Of a stretch of DNA of 64,000 nt, positions 16,514 through 26,337 are shown piece by piece. The position numbers were made by a program, and so were the translations under genes. Location of the stretch: positions 47,815 to 111,814 of the forward strand of contig JBEKKV010000002.1 in the NCBI GenBank assembly GCA_050010555.1, written 5' to 3'. The notes under the pieces are model-generated. The model was not told the origin of the DNA. It saw only the letters and a list, made by a program, of their open reading frames with translations, and searched no databases. Each line of letters starts with the position of its first letter. Position 1 is the stretch's first letter. The stretch comes from Dehalococcoidia bacterium. GTDB lineage: Bacteria; Chloroflexota; Dehalococcoidia; DSTF01; JALHUB01.

Positions 16514-18769
16514 TCAGCGGGGTAGGGAGGGCCGCGGCGCCCCTTCGTACAGATAACGGTAGACGGCCAGGTTCTGCATGACCAGCCGCACGTACAGATT
16601 CGCCTCGCCGACGTCCACCTGCTCGAGGAAGAGGTCGACATCACCGCCGGCGGCATCGGCCCAGCCTTGCGCCGCGCCGGGGCCGGCGTTATAGGCGGCC
16701 AGCGCGAAGTAGAGGTTGCCGTTGAACTCGGCGAGCTGCTGCTGAAGGTAGTGGGCGCCGAAGCTGATGCTCACGACGGGCCGCAGAAGGTCATCGCCGG
16801 CGAAGTTGCTCATCCCCATGTCAGTGGCGATCTCTTGTCCCGTCGATGGAATGACCTGCGTGAGGCCGGTAGCGCCCGCGCCTGAGCCGGCCAGCGGGTC
16901 GAAGAAGCTCTCCTGGCGGATCAGCGCCAGCATTACGTCCGGCGACACACCCTCCGCCTGCTGGGCGTCCTGAAGCAGCGACATGTAGTCGCGCGGATAG
17001 GCCAGTCTCAGCAGATCCTTCGGCGCGACGGCCTGCTCATCCGGCGAAAGCGACTCCAGGACAAGCTGCGCGCTCCGCGACGACATCTCCGTGGAGCCCA
17101 GACGGTCGTAAGCCTGCGCGAGCGCCCAGAGCGTCATCGGATCGCCGGCGTTCGCCCACATCATGTCGCGCAACTCCGCCGCCGCCGAGCGGGGAAACCC
17201 GACGGTGCTAAGCTCCTGCGATTCCGCCCAGCGCGGATCGAGCCAGACCTTCCAGAGCGGGACCGGCGCCTTGCCGCTTATCGACGCTAGCCAGGAAGTG
17301 GCGTCGGTGGCCGCTTCAGCGACGGCGGGCACTGGGGTCGCCTTCTTATCGCTGGAGAGGAGTTGGGCCGCTCGGAGGCCGTAGTAGTCGAGAGGGTGGT
17401 TCTGGACGAGCTGTGCGAGGTGCGTTCGGGCGCCAGCCGCGTCGCCGGCGGCCTGCTCCGCCTTCGCGGCCCAGTAGAGGGCATGCGATGCTGTTTCCGC
17501 GTCTGACGTTGCGGAGGCGAAGTCGCTCCAGGCGGTGGCGGCGTCCGCGTAGCGCTTCTGCTCGTAGAGGACCAGCCCATGGCGGAATGCGGCGTCGTCC
17601 GCCCATGTCGACGGGGGAGTCATAGCCAGGATGCGGCTGTAGTCCTGATCCGCCTCGTCCCAGCGCGACTGTTTCTCCAGGATGAGGCCGCTCCACCAGA
17701 GGGCGTCGTCTGCCAGATCGCCGGTTGGGTCGAGATCGAGTGATTTCGCGTATTCGTCCAGCGCGGCGTTCGGGTCGCCCAGCCGCTCGTCGAGGGCGGC
17801 GATGTAGTAGTGCGCCGCAGCCGCCCGCGAGCCCGTCGGTTCGGCGGCAAGATAGCGCTGGAACGCTTGCATCGCCTCGTCGTTCTCGAAGTGGCGGTAA
17901 TGGACCAGCGCCTCGGCGTAGGGATCGACCGCGATACCAGCCTGCGACAACTCGGTGAGTGCGTCCGACGCGGCGGAAGTGCCTGGGTACTGCGTTACGA
18001 CCTGCTGCAGGTCCACCTGCCAGCCGTCTTCGCCGAGCTGCTGCTCCAGCACACCGGTTCGCTCCAGCGCCAACGCCTGGTCGGACGAGTCGCTCTCCTC
18101 GCCCAGGCGCGCATACCAGTTGAGCGCCGCGCCGGTCGCGGCCGCCGCTTCGAGCTCCTGCGCCATGGCGAGGAGTATGCCCGAACGGAGGCTGGCCGGC
18201 AGCACTTTGAGGGCGGCTTCCTCCTCCCGCTGGGCTTCATCGAAGCGGTTCAGCTTGACCAGGAGGTCCGCCATCTCCGACTCGGCGTTGGCGGAGGCGA
18301 CGCCCCCCTGGTCAACGTAGCTGCCGTAGGCGGCGAGGGCCTGCTCGGTCTGTCCCAGCCCGACGAGGGCCTCCGCCAGCAAGAACTCCGCGTCACCGCC
18401 GTGGCCGCCGGCGCTCTGGTAGGCCAGCACCTGCTCCTGGGCAGCCTGGTAGTCGTTATTGGCGAGATAGCGGCGGGCCAGCGCCAGACGCGCCGTCTGC
18501 CGGTCGGCGTCAGTGCCGTTGGCTAGAACGTCCTCGTACGCCGCTATCGCCTCGTCGTACTGACCGTTGCGCTCGTAGCTCTGAGCAAGACCCAGGTTGG
18601 CGGGTGCGGGCGTCGCCGTGGCTGGCGAGTCGTCCCTGGCCGCGGGCGTCGAAGCGGTACTTCCGACGATGCCGCAGGCGCAGATGAGGGTCGTGGCGAC
18701 GATAAGCAGCGTCGAGCGGCACAGACGCTGAACAGGGGAGCGGTTCTCTGGTATGATAGCTTTGGTCAT
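16514..18769 (-). CDS. Lipoprotein with N-terminal TPR repeats and a C-terminal lytic transglycosylase (SLT) domain
   Basis: Lipobox LICACG. TPR-like helices (NGQYDEAIAAYEDVL..., YWAAKAEQAAGD...). SLT motif ...GATGLTQVIPSTGQ...YFALAAYNAGPG. Confidence 0.75.
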   Translation of the reverse strand: MTKAIIPENRSPVQRLCRSTLLIVATTLICACGIVGSTASTPAARDDSPATATPAPANLGLAQSYERNGQYDEAIAAYEDVLANGTDADRQTARLALARRYLANNDYQAAQEQVLAYQSAGGHGGDAEFLLAEALVGLGQTEQALAAYGSYVDQGGVASANAESEMADLLVKLNRFDEAQREEEAALKVLPASLRSGILLAMAQELEAAAATGAALNWYARLGEESDSSDQALALERTGVLEQQLGEDGWQVDLQQVVTQYPGTSAASDALTELSQAGIAVDPYAEALVHYRHFENDEAMQAFQRYLAAEPTGSRAAAAHYYIAALDERLGDPNAALDEYAKSLDLDPTGDLADDALWWSGLILEKQSRWDEADQDYSRILAMTPPSTWADDAAFRHGLVLYEQKRYADAATAWSDFASATSDAETASHALYWAAKAEQAAGDAAGARTHLAQLVQNHPLDYYGLRAAQLLSSDKKATPVPAVAEAATDATSWLASISGKAPVPLWKVWLDPRWAESQELSTVGFPRSAAAELRDMMWANAGDPMTLWALAQAYDRLGSTEMSSRSAQLVLESLSPDEQAVAPKDLLRLAYPRDYMSLLQDAQQAEGVSPDVMLALIRQESFFDPLAGSGAGATGLTQVIPSTGQEIATDMGMSNFAGDDLLRPVVSISFGAHYLQQQLAEFNGNLYFALAAYNAGPGAAQGWADAAGGDVDLFLEQVDVGEANLYVRLVMQNLAVYRYLYEGAPRPSLPR

Positions 18770-19066
18770 CCGGCGCGGCCTTCCCGGCCAGAGGCTGCCT
18801 GCTGCGGGACGCGTTGATGGCTGTTGGGGTCAATGGTACTATTCGCGGACGGCGCCGTCAAAGCCGCGGACGGGGACGATGATATACGACGGGCGCGTGT
18901 GGGACTTAACGGCCCGGCGCGCGACGAACCGCGATTCAGATAGGGAGGTTGAGACATCGGAGAGGAATCTTCCTGGCAGGGACGGCCGGTCTGGGCCGAG
19001 ATAGACCTGGACGCGCTGGAGCACAACGCCCGCCAGCTCAAGCGACAGGCCGGCGGCGCGCTGCTG

Positions 19067-20155
19067 ATGGCGGTGGTCAAGGCAAATGCCTACGGCCACG
19101 GCGCCGTCCCGGTGGCGAAGGCCGTGCTGGCAGCCGGCGCCGACCGCCTGGGCGTCGTCTGCGTCGACGAAGGCGAAGAGTTGCGTCGTGCCGGTATCGA
19201 CGCTCCGATCCTGGTCATGGGGCACACGCCGACCGCTCAGGCCGAGCGGGTAGTCAGCCTCTCGCTTACCCCCAGCGTCGGCAACCGGCCGTTCGCCGAA
19301 GCGCTGTCGGAAGCGGCGATTTCGGCCGGCGTGACTTTGCCCGTGCACCTCAAGCTCGAGACAGGGCTGAATCGCTATGGCCTCCCGCCCGAGCAGCTGT
19401 TGCCCCTGGCGGAATCGATCCGACACTTACCGGGCCTCGACGTTGAGGGGCTATGGACGCACTTCGCGACGGGTGACGAGACGGACAAGAGCTACGTTCT
19501 GCGTCAGTTCAGCGTCTTCAGCGAGGTCGCAGGCCGGCTGCCCTGGATCCGCCTGCTCCACGTGGCCAACACGGCGACGGTTCTCGATATGCCGGAGCTC
19601 TCGCTGGGCATGGTGCGCGTCGGAATCGGCATCTACGGCTGCTACCCATCGTCGGAGGTGGCGCGCGATCTTGGCCTGCGGCCGGTGCTCTCGCTGAAGA
19701 GCCGCGTGGCTCGGCTGCGACGCATCGATGCGGCTGCCAGCGTCGGCTACGGCTGCACCTGGACGGCGGCGCGACCCAGCGTTGTGGCGCTCGTCATGGC
19801 CGGCTACGGCGATGGGCTGCGGCGCGCGCTGTCGAACAAGGGCAGCATGCTCATTCGCGGGCGTCGCGCGCCGATAGTGGGGCGTATCGCTATGGACATG
19901 TGCGTAGCCGATGTCACAGACATCCCTTACGTCGCGATCGATGACGAGGTGGTTCTAATAGGCCGCCAGCGCGAGGAGGTGATCGCAGCGGAGGAGGTGG
20001 CGCAGCTCTGCGATACGATAAGCTACGAAATGTTCACGGGCATTACGGCGCGCGTACCGCGGCTCTACCTTCGCGACGGGCGGACCGTCGCCGTGCAGAC
20101 ACTGGTGGAGGCAGCCTCGCAGGAGACGCGGGTCGTCGCCGCCGAGGAAGCTTGA
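19067..20155 (+). CDS. alr: Alanine racemase. The coordinates start at the first ATG. The conserved N-terminal region continues in frame upstream to about 18953 with no canonical start codon.
   Basis: LMAVVKANAYGHGAVPVAKAV... is the PLP-Lys region. The upstream in-frame translation RPVWAEIDLDALEHNARQLKRQAGGALL is the normal Alr N-terminus. Confidence 0.8.
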   Translation: MAVVKANAYGHGAVPVAKAVLAAGADRLGVVCVDEGEELRRAGIDAPILVMGHTPTAQAERVVSLSLTPSVGNRPFAEALSEAAISAGVTLPVHLKLETGLNRYGLPPEQLLPLAESIRHLPGLDVEGLWTHFATGDETDKSYVLRQFSVFSEVAGRLPWIRLLHVANTATVLDMPELSLGMVRVGIGIYGCYPSSEVARDLGLRPVLSLKSRVARLRRIDAAASVGYGCTWTAARPSVVALVMAGYGDGLRRALSNKGSMLIRGRRAPIVGRIAMDMCVADVTDIPYVAIDDEVVLIGRQREEVIAAEEVAQLCDTISYEMFTGITARVPRLYLRDGRTVAVQTLVEAASQETRVVAAEEA

Positions 20156-20156
20156 C

Positions 20157-20390
20157 GTGAGGATCGTATCGGCGGAACCTGAAGCTGTGAAGCTAAGCTT
20201 TGATGCGATGAAAGGGAAGGAATCGGCGCTGGCCGTTCTTCTGCCGTTTGCTATCAGCGCCGGCCACCTGCAGTTGTGGGCGCTGGCGGCCGCGGTTGCG
20301 GCGGCGTTCCTGGCTTATCTCGCCTACCTCTTACGACGCGCTCTCGGCCTGGTCCAGCCTCCGCCGCCTGAAGAGGACAAACCTCACTAG
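20157..20390 (+). CDS. Small hypothetical membrane protein (one TM helix, Pro-rich tail)
   Basis: The ORF directly follows alr. Hydrophobic segment LQLWALAAAVAAAFLAYLAYLL. Weak support. Confidence 0.25.
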   Translation: MRIVSAEPEAVKLSFDAMKGKESALAVLLPFAISAGHLQLWALAAAVAAAFLAYLAYLLRRALGLVQPPPPEEDKPH

Positions 20391-20417
20391 ACCGCCCCGC
20401 GTCAGATTCGGATTCGA

Positions 20418-21179
20418 CTACTCGTCTTCCTCTTCTTCCTCTTCGCCCTCTTCTTCCGCAGCCATCTCCGCGGCCCGTGGCAGTAGCACCTCCAGCGTCG
20501 TTTCACGGTGCCGCCGCGGCCCGGGCAGCGCTTCGATGGTCTTGATCAGCGCCGGTAGCTCCTCCAACGTTTTCTTGTCGCTTCCGTCGAGCAGCAGGAT
20601 CGAGACACCGGCGTCGCGCAGGCACTCCAAGTCGGCGCTCTCGACCGGCAGATCCACGGGCAGGAGCAACGGCTTGCGCGCAAGGGCGGCGATGCGACGC
20701 AGATCGAGCTGCATCTTGAGAGTGAGCGGACCTTTCCAGTCGGGCAGAAGGATGGCGTCGAGAGCGACCGACTCCAGCACGCGCAGATAGGTGTCGTCCG
20801 AGCCGTCTTTCAGCGCTAGCACGTAGCCGAGCTTGTCTTCCAGGAGCGCCGTCGCCGGTGTGGATTCCGCCTCGAAGACGATGAAGTCCACGGACGCCGC
20901 AATCAGCGTCTTCGTGTCTGCCGCTTCGATGCGCTGGGGCCAGACGCCCAGCGGCGTCTCGTCCGCCGACTTCACCGCAGCTTCGACGTCGCCCGGGTTC
21001 GCGTCCTTCAGAATTACGACGCCGGCGCCCGCGGCAACCGCCTGCGCCACCTTGCCCGCACTGTCGAGGAGAAGCGCCGCCAGCAGCGGGGGCGTCTTCG
21101 CCGGTCTCACCGCCCGGAAACCGATGGGCGCTGCATCCGGGCGCATCGTCTTACGTATACTGTCGCCAAGCTTGCTCAT
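20418..21179 (-). CDS. Hypothetical protein with a poly-Glu acidic C-terminal tail
   Basis: 253-aa ORF with coding-like composition. No family recognised. Confidence 0.4.
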   Translation of the reverse strand: MSKLGDSIRKTMRPDAAPIGFRAVRPAKTPPLLAALLLDSAGKVAQAVAAGAGVVILKDANPGDVEAAVKSADETPLGVWPQRIEAADTKTLIAASVDFIVFEAESTPATALLEDKLGYVLALKDGSDDTYLRVLESVALDAILLPDWKGPLTLKMQLDLRRIAALARKPLLLPVDLPVESADLECLRDAGVSILLLDGSDKKTLEELPALIKTIEALPGPRRHRETTLEVLLPRAAEMAAEEEGEEEEEEDE

Positions 21180-21348
21180 AGTTGTCCCTTCCAGGCTGAA
21201 AGTACTGAACGGGATGATATCTGCGCCGAAGAGCCTCTGTCAATTCAACTATAGCGTATCGGGGCGTCGGCGTGTCGCGCCCGCGGCTACAGCAACGGCC
21301 GCCCCACTCAGAACGAGAGGAGCGGCCGCTGGATTGACGGCGAAAAGC

Positions 21349-22332
21349 CTACGCCCTCAGCTTCCGGCAGGCCTCGACGAGTGCCGGCAGCACCTTCTTG
21401 TAGTCGTCCACGATCCCGAAGCGTGAGGACTTGAAGATTATCGCTTCCGGGTCCTTGTTGATGGCGACGATGTTCTTCGCGCCCGAGCAGCCCGCCATGT
21501 GCTGGCTGGCACCGGAGATGCCGACCGCAAAGTAGAGCGTCGGGCCGACGATCTTGCCGGTGAGACCGATCTGCTCCGAGACGGGCCGCCAGCCGTTGTC
21601 GCAGGCCGCGCGCGTGGCGCCGACCGCGCCGCCCAACGCTTTCGCCAGCTCTTCGAGCACCGCGAAGCCTTCCGCGCTGCCGATGCCGCGTCCGCCGGCG
21701 ACGATCACTTCGGCGTCCTCGAGGCGGATGCCCTCCTCAGCGACCTCCTGGTGGCCGGTAATCTTATCGCGGATAGCCGCAGCGTCGATTCCGGCGTCGA
21801 CCTTCGTTACCTGCCCCTGGCGCGAGTCGTCGCGGGCCAGCGGCTCCTGCGCCTTCGAGCGGATTGTGACGACAGCCGGCGAAGTGTTGAACGAGAAGTT
21901 CGCCCGCGCGTTGCCGCCGTAGCAGGGTCGCTCGGCAATAAGCTTGCCGCCTGGTGCCGAGACGCTGAGGCAGTCCATCGCCGCTGTGCTGCCCAGCCGG
22001 AAGGCCAGTCGCGGCCCCAGGTCGCGGCCCATGTCGCTCTGGCCCATCAGAATGGCGCTGGGGCTTGCCGCCGCGTTCACCTTCTCCATCGCCGCGACGA
22101 AGCCGTCGCAACTGTACTTCGCCAGCGCGGGCTCGTCGACGACGAACACATGGTCCGCTCCGTGAGCGATGAGCTCCTTGGCCAGGCCCTCGACGCCGGA
22201 GCCGATGACCGCCGCCTGTACGGGCTCGCCGTTCTGGTCAGCGAGACGGCGGGCTGCGCCCAGGACTTCCAGGCTGATGGGGGCCACCGCTCCGCCGCTT
22301 ACCTCGGCTGCCACCAAGATTCCGTTAGCCAT
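21349..22332 (-). CDS. etfA: Electron transfer flavoprotein alpha subunit
   Basis: [10 protein letters not shown]... The FAD-binding C-terminus is ...[33 protein letters not shown]. Confidence 0.9.
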   Translation of the reverse strand: MANGILVAAEVSGGAVAPISLEVLGAARRLADQNGEPVQAAVIGSGVEGLAKELIAHGADHVFVVDEPALAKYSCDGFVAAMEKVNAAASPSAILMGQSDMGRDLGPRLAFRLGSTAAMDCLSVSAPGGKLIAERPCYGGNARANFSFNTSPAVVTIRSKAQEPLARDDSRQGQVTKVDAGIDAAAIRDKITGHQEVAEEGIRLEDAEVIVAGGRGIGSAEGFAVLEELAKALGGAVGATRAACDNGWRPVSEQIGLTGKIVGPTLYFAVGISGASQHMAGCSGAKNIVAINKDPEAIIFKSSRFGIVDDYKKVLPALVEACRKLRA

Positions 22333-22363
22333 GTCAACTCTCCTTATCTATGGTAGGACAAGC

Positions 22364-23155
22364 CTAGATTATCTTCTGATCGCGCAGCCGCTGAGCCAGC
22401 TTCTGTGCGGCCTCGTCGGGCGTCTCGCCCTCGACGACCTCGCACTCGACCTCGCTGACGGGCTGGAAGAGCCGCTCCAGGTTGGCGCGAACGCCGCTCG
22501 AGGCGAAGCCGATGTCGCCGGCGCCCCAGACCGTGACCTGCTTGCGCGCGGCCATCATGATCTGCTGCAGCTTCGGGTATCGGGGCTCGCCCAGCTCGTT
22601 GCTGACCGTCACCAGCGCGGGCAGGGGCGCTTCCACAGTGTCATAGCCCTCCATCAGCACGCGCTCGACAACGACTTTGCCGTCCTGGATGGTGACGGCC
22701 TTCGCGAGGCTGACGCTTGCCACGCCCAGGAGCTCGGCGATGCCGTAGCCGACGACGCCGGCGTCCCAGTCGGTCGCCTGGCGGCCGCAAAGGACGAGAT
22801 TGTAGTCGCCGATCTTCTCGATCGCCTTCGACAGCGCCAGCGCCGTGGTGTAGCTGTCGCCCTCGAACGCGCCGTCCGTGAGGAGGACGCCTTCATCGGC
22901 GCCCATTGCCAGGCTGTGCTTGATTACGTCGCGGGCGCCTTCCGGGCCGAGGCTAACGACCGTGACCTTGGTGTCCGCGGCGGCGTCCTTGATCCGCAGC
23001 GCCGCTTCGACTGCCAGCGCGTCGAACTGGCTTATCACAGGCGCCACTCCCGCGGCCGCAATGACCTTCTTCGCCGCCTCGTCGACCCTGAACGATGATG
23101 CCGGGGCTTCCGGGTCTGGCACCTGTTTGACGCAAGCTATGATGTGCAAAGGCAT
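22364..23155 (-). CDS. etfB: Electron transfer flavoprotein beta subunit
   Basis: MPLHIIACVKQVPDPEA... is a typical EtfB N-terminus. Confidence 0.9.
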   Translation of the reverse strand: MPLHIIACVKQVPDPEAPASSFRVDEAAKKVIAAAGVAPVISQFDALAVEAALRIKDAAADTKVTVVSLGPEGARDVIKHSLAMGADEGVLLTDGAFEGDSYTTALALSKAIEKIGDYNLVLCGRQATDWDAGVVGYGIAELLGVASVSLAKAVTIQDGKVVVERVLMEGYDTVEAPLPALVTVSNELGEPRYPKLQQIMMAARKQVTVWGAGDIGFASSGVRANLERLFQPVSEVECEVVEGETPDEAAQKLAQRLRDQKII

Positions 23156-23235
23156 CTTTCTGCTTCCTCCTTGGTCCGCGTTCTTCTGTTGCCTGTATGC
23201 TCTGCTGGTCCCGGCTCTGCCGTGAACAGTCGTGA

Positions 23236-25317
23236 CTAGAGACTGGCGCCTACCTCTTCGCCCTGAGCCGTGGCCGGCGGCGGTGGCCCAACTGCGCCAC
23301 TAACGGCGGCTTCCAGCAGCTCGGCGACGTCCTGTGCCCGCATGCGCTTCTCTTCGTCGGGCTCCAGCGCTGGAATGCCGTCCTCGAACATCTGGATGCA
23401 GAACGGGCAGGCGGTGGCGACTATCTTGGCGCCGGTGCCCATCGCTTCCTCCGTGCGGGCGTGGTTGATGTGCCGTCCCTTGCTCTCCTCCACCCACATG
23501 TGGCCGCCACCCGCGCCGCAGCAGAACGTTGTCTTCCGCGACCGCTCCATCTCCACTACCTGCGCCTGCGGGATGCTCTCCAGGATGCGCCTGGGGGCCG
23601 AGTCGATATCGTTGTGACGCGCCAGATAGCAGGAGTCGTGGTAGACGATGGTCTCGGCGATGCCCTGCTTCGGCTGGAGCTTGCCTGCCTTTAGAAGCTG
23701 GTCGAGAAGCTCCGTGTGATGCAGCACTTCGAACTTGCCGTCGAACTGAGGGTATTCGTTGCGCATCGTGTTGTAACCGTGCGGGCAGGCGGTGACGATC
23801 TTCTTTACGTTCTTCGACTTCATGACTTCGATCGCCTGTTGCGCCTGCATCTGGAAGAGGTATTCGTTGCCCAGGCGCCTCGCCGGGTCGCCGCAGCACG
23901 TCTCTTCCTCGCCGAGGACGCCGAAGCTGACGCCGGCCTGCAGCAGCAGCCTGGCCAGCGACTGCGTGATCGGGATGTTGCGCTCGGAAAGGGAGCCGGA
24001 GCAGCCGACCCACAGCAGGTACTCCTGCGAGCCGTCGAAGAGGGGCACGTCCAACCCCTGCATCCAGTCGGATCGCGAGAACTGCGTGCCGCGCCAGGGA
24101 TGGCCGCGCTGCTCGATCTGCATCAGCGTTGCCTGGGCCGTCTCCGGCATCCGCGCCTCGTCCATGACCAGGTAGCGGCGCACATCCATTATCTCCGGCA
24201 CGTGCTCGATGCAGACCGGGCACCAATACATGCAAGAGCCGCAGGTCACGCAGTCCCAAATCGAATCGAATCCCATCGTGTCGACCAGGTTGAGCGGCTC
24301 GCCGGCGGTGGCGGGCTTGCCCTTCAGCAGGGAGCCAAGCGTCGGCGTCTTCGAAAGGAGGGTCATGCGGCCGTGGTGCTCGATATCCTTCGGAGAGAGC
24401 TCTTTGTCCGTGAGATAGGCGGGGCAGTTGGACTGGCAGCGTCCGCATTCGGTGCAGGTCATGAAGTCCAGCAGCGACTTCCAGTTGAAGTCCGTCACCT
24501 TGCCGACGCCGAAAGTCGCGCCCTCCTCGGCGTTCTCCATCATCGCTTCGATGTTTATGGGCTGGAGCACGCCGGTGCGCTCGCGGCTGTGGAAGAAGAC
24601 GTTGAAGGCTACCGTCAGAACGTGCGAGTGCTTGGAGTACGGGAGGTAGCAGAGGAATGCGAACAGGATGGTGAGGTGCATGTACCAGAAAGTCGCGTGC
24701 AGGTCGCCGATGGCGTTGTGAGAGAGGCCCATGCCGGTCCAGATTCCGGAAACGCCGTAAGCGACGAACGACCAGGCTTCCTTCTTGGCCTCGAGGTCCA
24801 GCTCGAAGCTGTTGGCGAGGATGTCGGTGACCATCAGGAAGAAGATGAGGCCGATGATCCGCCAGGCGTCCAGGTTCAGCGTCAGGCGTTGCGGCTTGAC
24901 GAAGAAGCGCTCGTAGGCGCCCATCGCCAGGCCGACCATGACGGCCACGTTGAACAGGTCCATCACCGGGCGCCAGTAGTTGAATATGCCTCCGGGCAGG
25001 TGCTGCAGGCTAAGCGGGTCGGCGACGCCGCTCAGCAGCATGTTCAGGCTGCGAATGAGCAGGACGAGGAATCCCCAGAAGATAAGCGGATGCAGAATAC
25101 CGGAATACCAGTACTTCTTACGGAAAAACTTCGATTGCCCCACCATTATCAGCATGAAATCGCTGATGCGCTGCGGCAGGTGGTCGAAGCGAGGCGCGCC
25201 CTTCGCCTGAAGGAACGGGATGAGCCGCGCCGCGATCGTCAGCACAAAGAAGGCGGAGAACCCAACGATGATGAGATAGAAAAAGATGTTCCCGGGTAAC
25301 TCGGTTGAAGGTGCCAC
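23236..25317 (-). CDS. Membrane-bound Fe-S oxidoreductase: an N-terminal polytopic (NarI/HdrE-like) domain fused to an HdrD/GlpC-like domain with two 4Fe-4S motifs and a CCG domain
   Basis: CTECGRCQSNCPAY and CVTCGSCMYWCPVC ferredoxin motifs. CCG motif (TFCCGAGGGHMW). About 5 TM helices N-terminally. Directly upstream of etfBA. Confidence 0.75.
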   Translation of the reverse strand: MAPSTELPGNIFFYLIIVGFSAFFVLTIAARLIPFLQAKGAPRFDHLPQRISDFMLIMVGQSKFFRKKYWYSGILHPLIFWGFLVLLIRSLNMLLSGVADPLSLQHLPGGIFNYWRPVMDLFNVAVMVGLAMGAYERFFVKPQRLTLNLDAWRIIGLIFFLMVTDILANSFELDLEAKKEAWSFVAYGVSGIWTGMGLSHNAIGDLHATFWYMHLTILFAFLCYLPYSKHSHVLTVAFNVFFHSRERTGVLQPINIEAMMENAEEGATFGVGKVTDFNWKSLLDFMTCTECGRCQSNCPAYLTDKELSPKDIEHHGRMTLLSKTPTLGSLLKGKPATAGEPLNLVDTMGFDSIWDCVTCGSCMYWCPVCIEHVPEIMDVRRYLVMDEARMPETAQATLMQIEQRGHPWRGTQFSRSDWMQGLDVPLFDGSQEYLLWVGCSGSLSERNIPITQSLARLLLQAGVSFGVLGEEETCCGDPARRLGNEYLFQMQAQQAIEVMKSKNVKKIVTACPHGYNTMRNEYPQFDGKFEVLHHTELLDQLLKAGKLQPKQGIAETIVYHDSCYLARHNDIDSAPRRILESIPQAQVVEMERSRKTTFCCGAGGGHMWVEESKGRHINHARTEEAMGTGAKIVATACPFCIQMFEDGIPALEPDEEKRMRAQDVAELLEAAVSGAVGPPPPATAQGEEVGASL

Positions 25318-25357
25318 TGTGTGCCTCCTCTAAGCCACAGCGCCAACACGCGACATG

Positions 25358-25373
25358 ACCATTGGCCAATGGT
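25358..25373. promoter_or_regulatory. Perfect 16-bp palindrome ACCATTGGCCAATGGT, about 40 bp upstream of the Fe-S oxidoreductase/etfBA operon start. Candidate operator.
   Basis: Self-complementary, read directly. It sits in the operon's promoter/5'UTR region. Confidence 0.4.
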
Positions 25374-25560
25374 ATGTGCTTCTCTTCACAGTCGAACCCA
25401 TCATAACGCCAGCCTCGAAAAGGAAGCAACGCCCCCTGCTGTCGGCGACCCAAGCGTGATCCGAGGGGCGAGCGAAATCGTAGCAAGCATCAAATATCAA
25501 GTCAACTGGACCGCCGCGCCGCACGCTATCGCTGTGCTATATTGGCGGCGAGGAGGCTGA

Positions 25561-25680
25561 GATGCGCCTCGGTCTGGAGGGCAAGACGGCCGTCGTTATG
25601 GGCTCTAGCGGAGGCGTTGGCCCCGCGTCATCGTCGATGGCGGCCAGTCGCGGTCGAACATCTAGAGGGTCCCTGCAATG
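25561..25680 (+). pseudogene. Short remnant resembling the N-terminus of an SDR-family dehydrogenase (TGxxxGxG Rossmann motif). It is followed by a stop after about 40 codons.
   Basis: MRLGLEGKTAVVMGSSGGVG, then unrelated low-complexity residues. Confidence 0.25.
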
Positions 25681-26337
25681 ACCGAGCCGGCGCTGAGCGA
25701 GCTGCTGGTCGTGGAGGTCGGCCGGCAAGTCGCGGTGCGCTATTGCGGCCTGCTTTTCCGTCGCCTCGGCGCAACCGTTCTTGTAGTCGAGCCGCCCGGC
25801 AGCGACGAGCCATCCAGCGATCTCAACGCCGGCAAGGAATCGATGACGTTGGATTTGGCCCGGCCTGAAGGCGGCGCCCTCCTTGGCCGGCTCGCTGAGC
25901 AGGCCGACGTTCTGGTCGCTGACGACTCGCTGCCCGCGGAGCTCGACTGCGCGAGGCTCAGTCGCCGGAACCCCCGGCTAATCGTGACGTGCATCTCCGG
26001 AGCGCCGCTGGACGACGCGGCGCAACGCTTCGTTGGGCTCAACGCCTTTACGGCGACGCTGCTACCGCTGATAACGATGTCGGTGCTGGGGCGCGGCCAG
26101 CGCATCGAGGTCGACGGCGCGGAGTGCCTGGCAGCGGCGGCGATGCTCGTTGGCGACGGCCAGGTGCCGCTCGAAACGCGTGAACCGGCGGCGGGCGAGT
26201 TGCCTTTCACCGTCGAAGGCGTCGTGCCGCCGGAGCCCGTCTCACCAGCGGGCCGGCACAACGACGAGATCTATTGCGAGCTCCTGGGCCTGACCGGCGA
26301 CGAGCTGGCGCGCTTGAGGAGGGAAGCGATTGTCTGA
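25678..26337 (+). CDS. CoA-transferase family III (CaiB/BaiF)-like protein, unusually short at 219 aa
   Basis: N-terminal LVVEVGRQVAVRYCGLLFRRLGATVLVVE and C-terminal NDEIYCELLGLTGDELARLRREAIV resemble the CaiB ends. The middle is missing. Confidence 0.45.
   Translation: MTEPALSELLVVEVGRQVAVRYCGLLFRRLGATVLVVEPPGSDEPSSDLNAGKESMTLDLARPEGGALLGRLAEQADVLVADDSLPAELDCARLSRRNPRLIVTCISGAPLDDAAQRFVGLNAFTATLLPLITMSVLGRGQRIEVDGAECLAAAAMLVGDGQVPLETREPAAGELPFTVEGVVPPEPVSPAGRHNDEIYCELLGLTGDELARLRREAIV

Noticed and set aside
23716-25299. 527-aa + strand ORF
   Set aside because: It is antisense to the Fe-S oxidoreductase gene, which has unmistakable Cys motifs.
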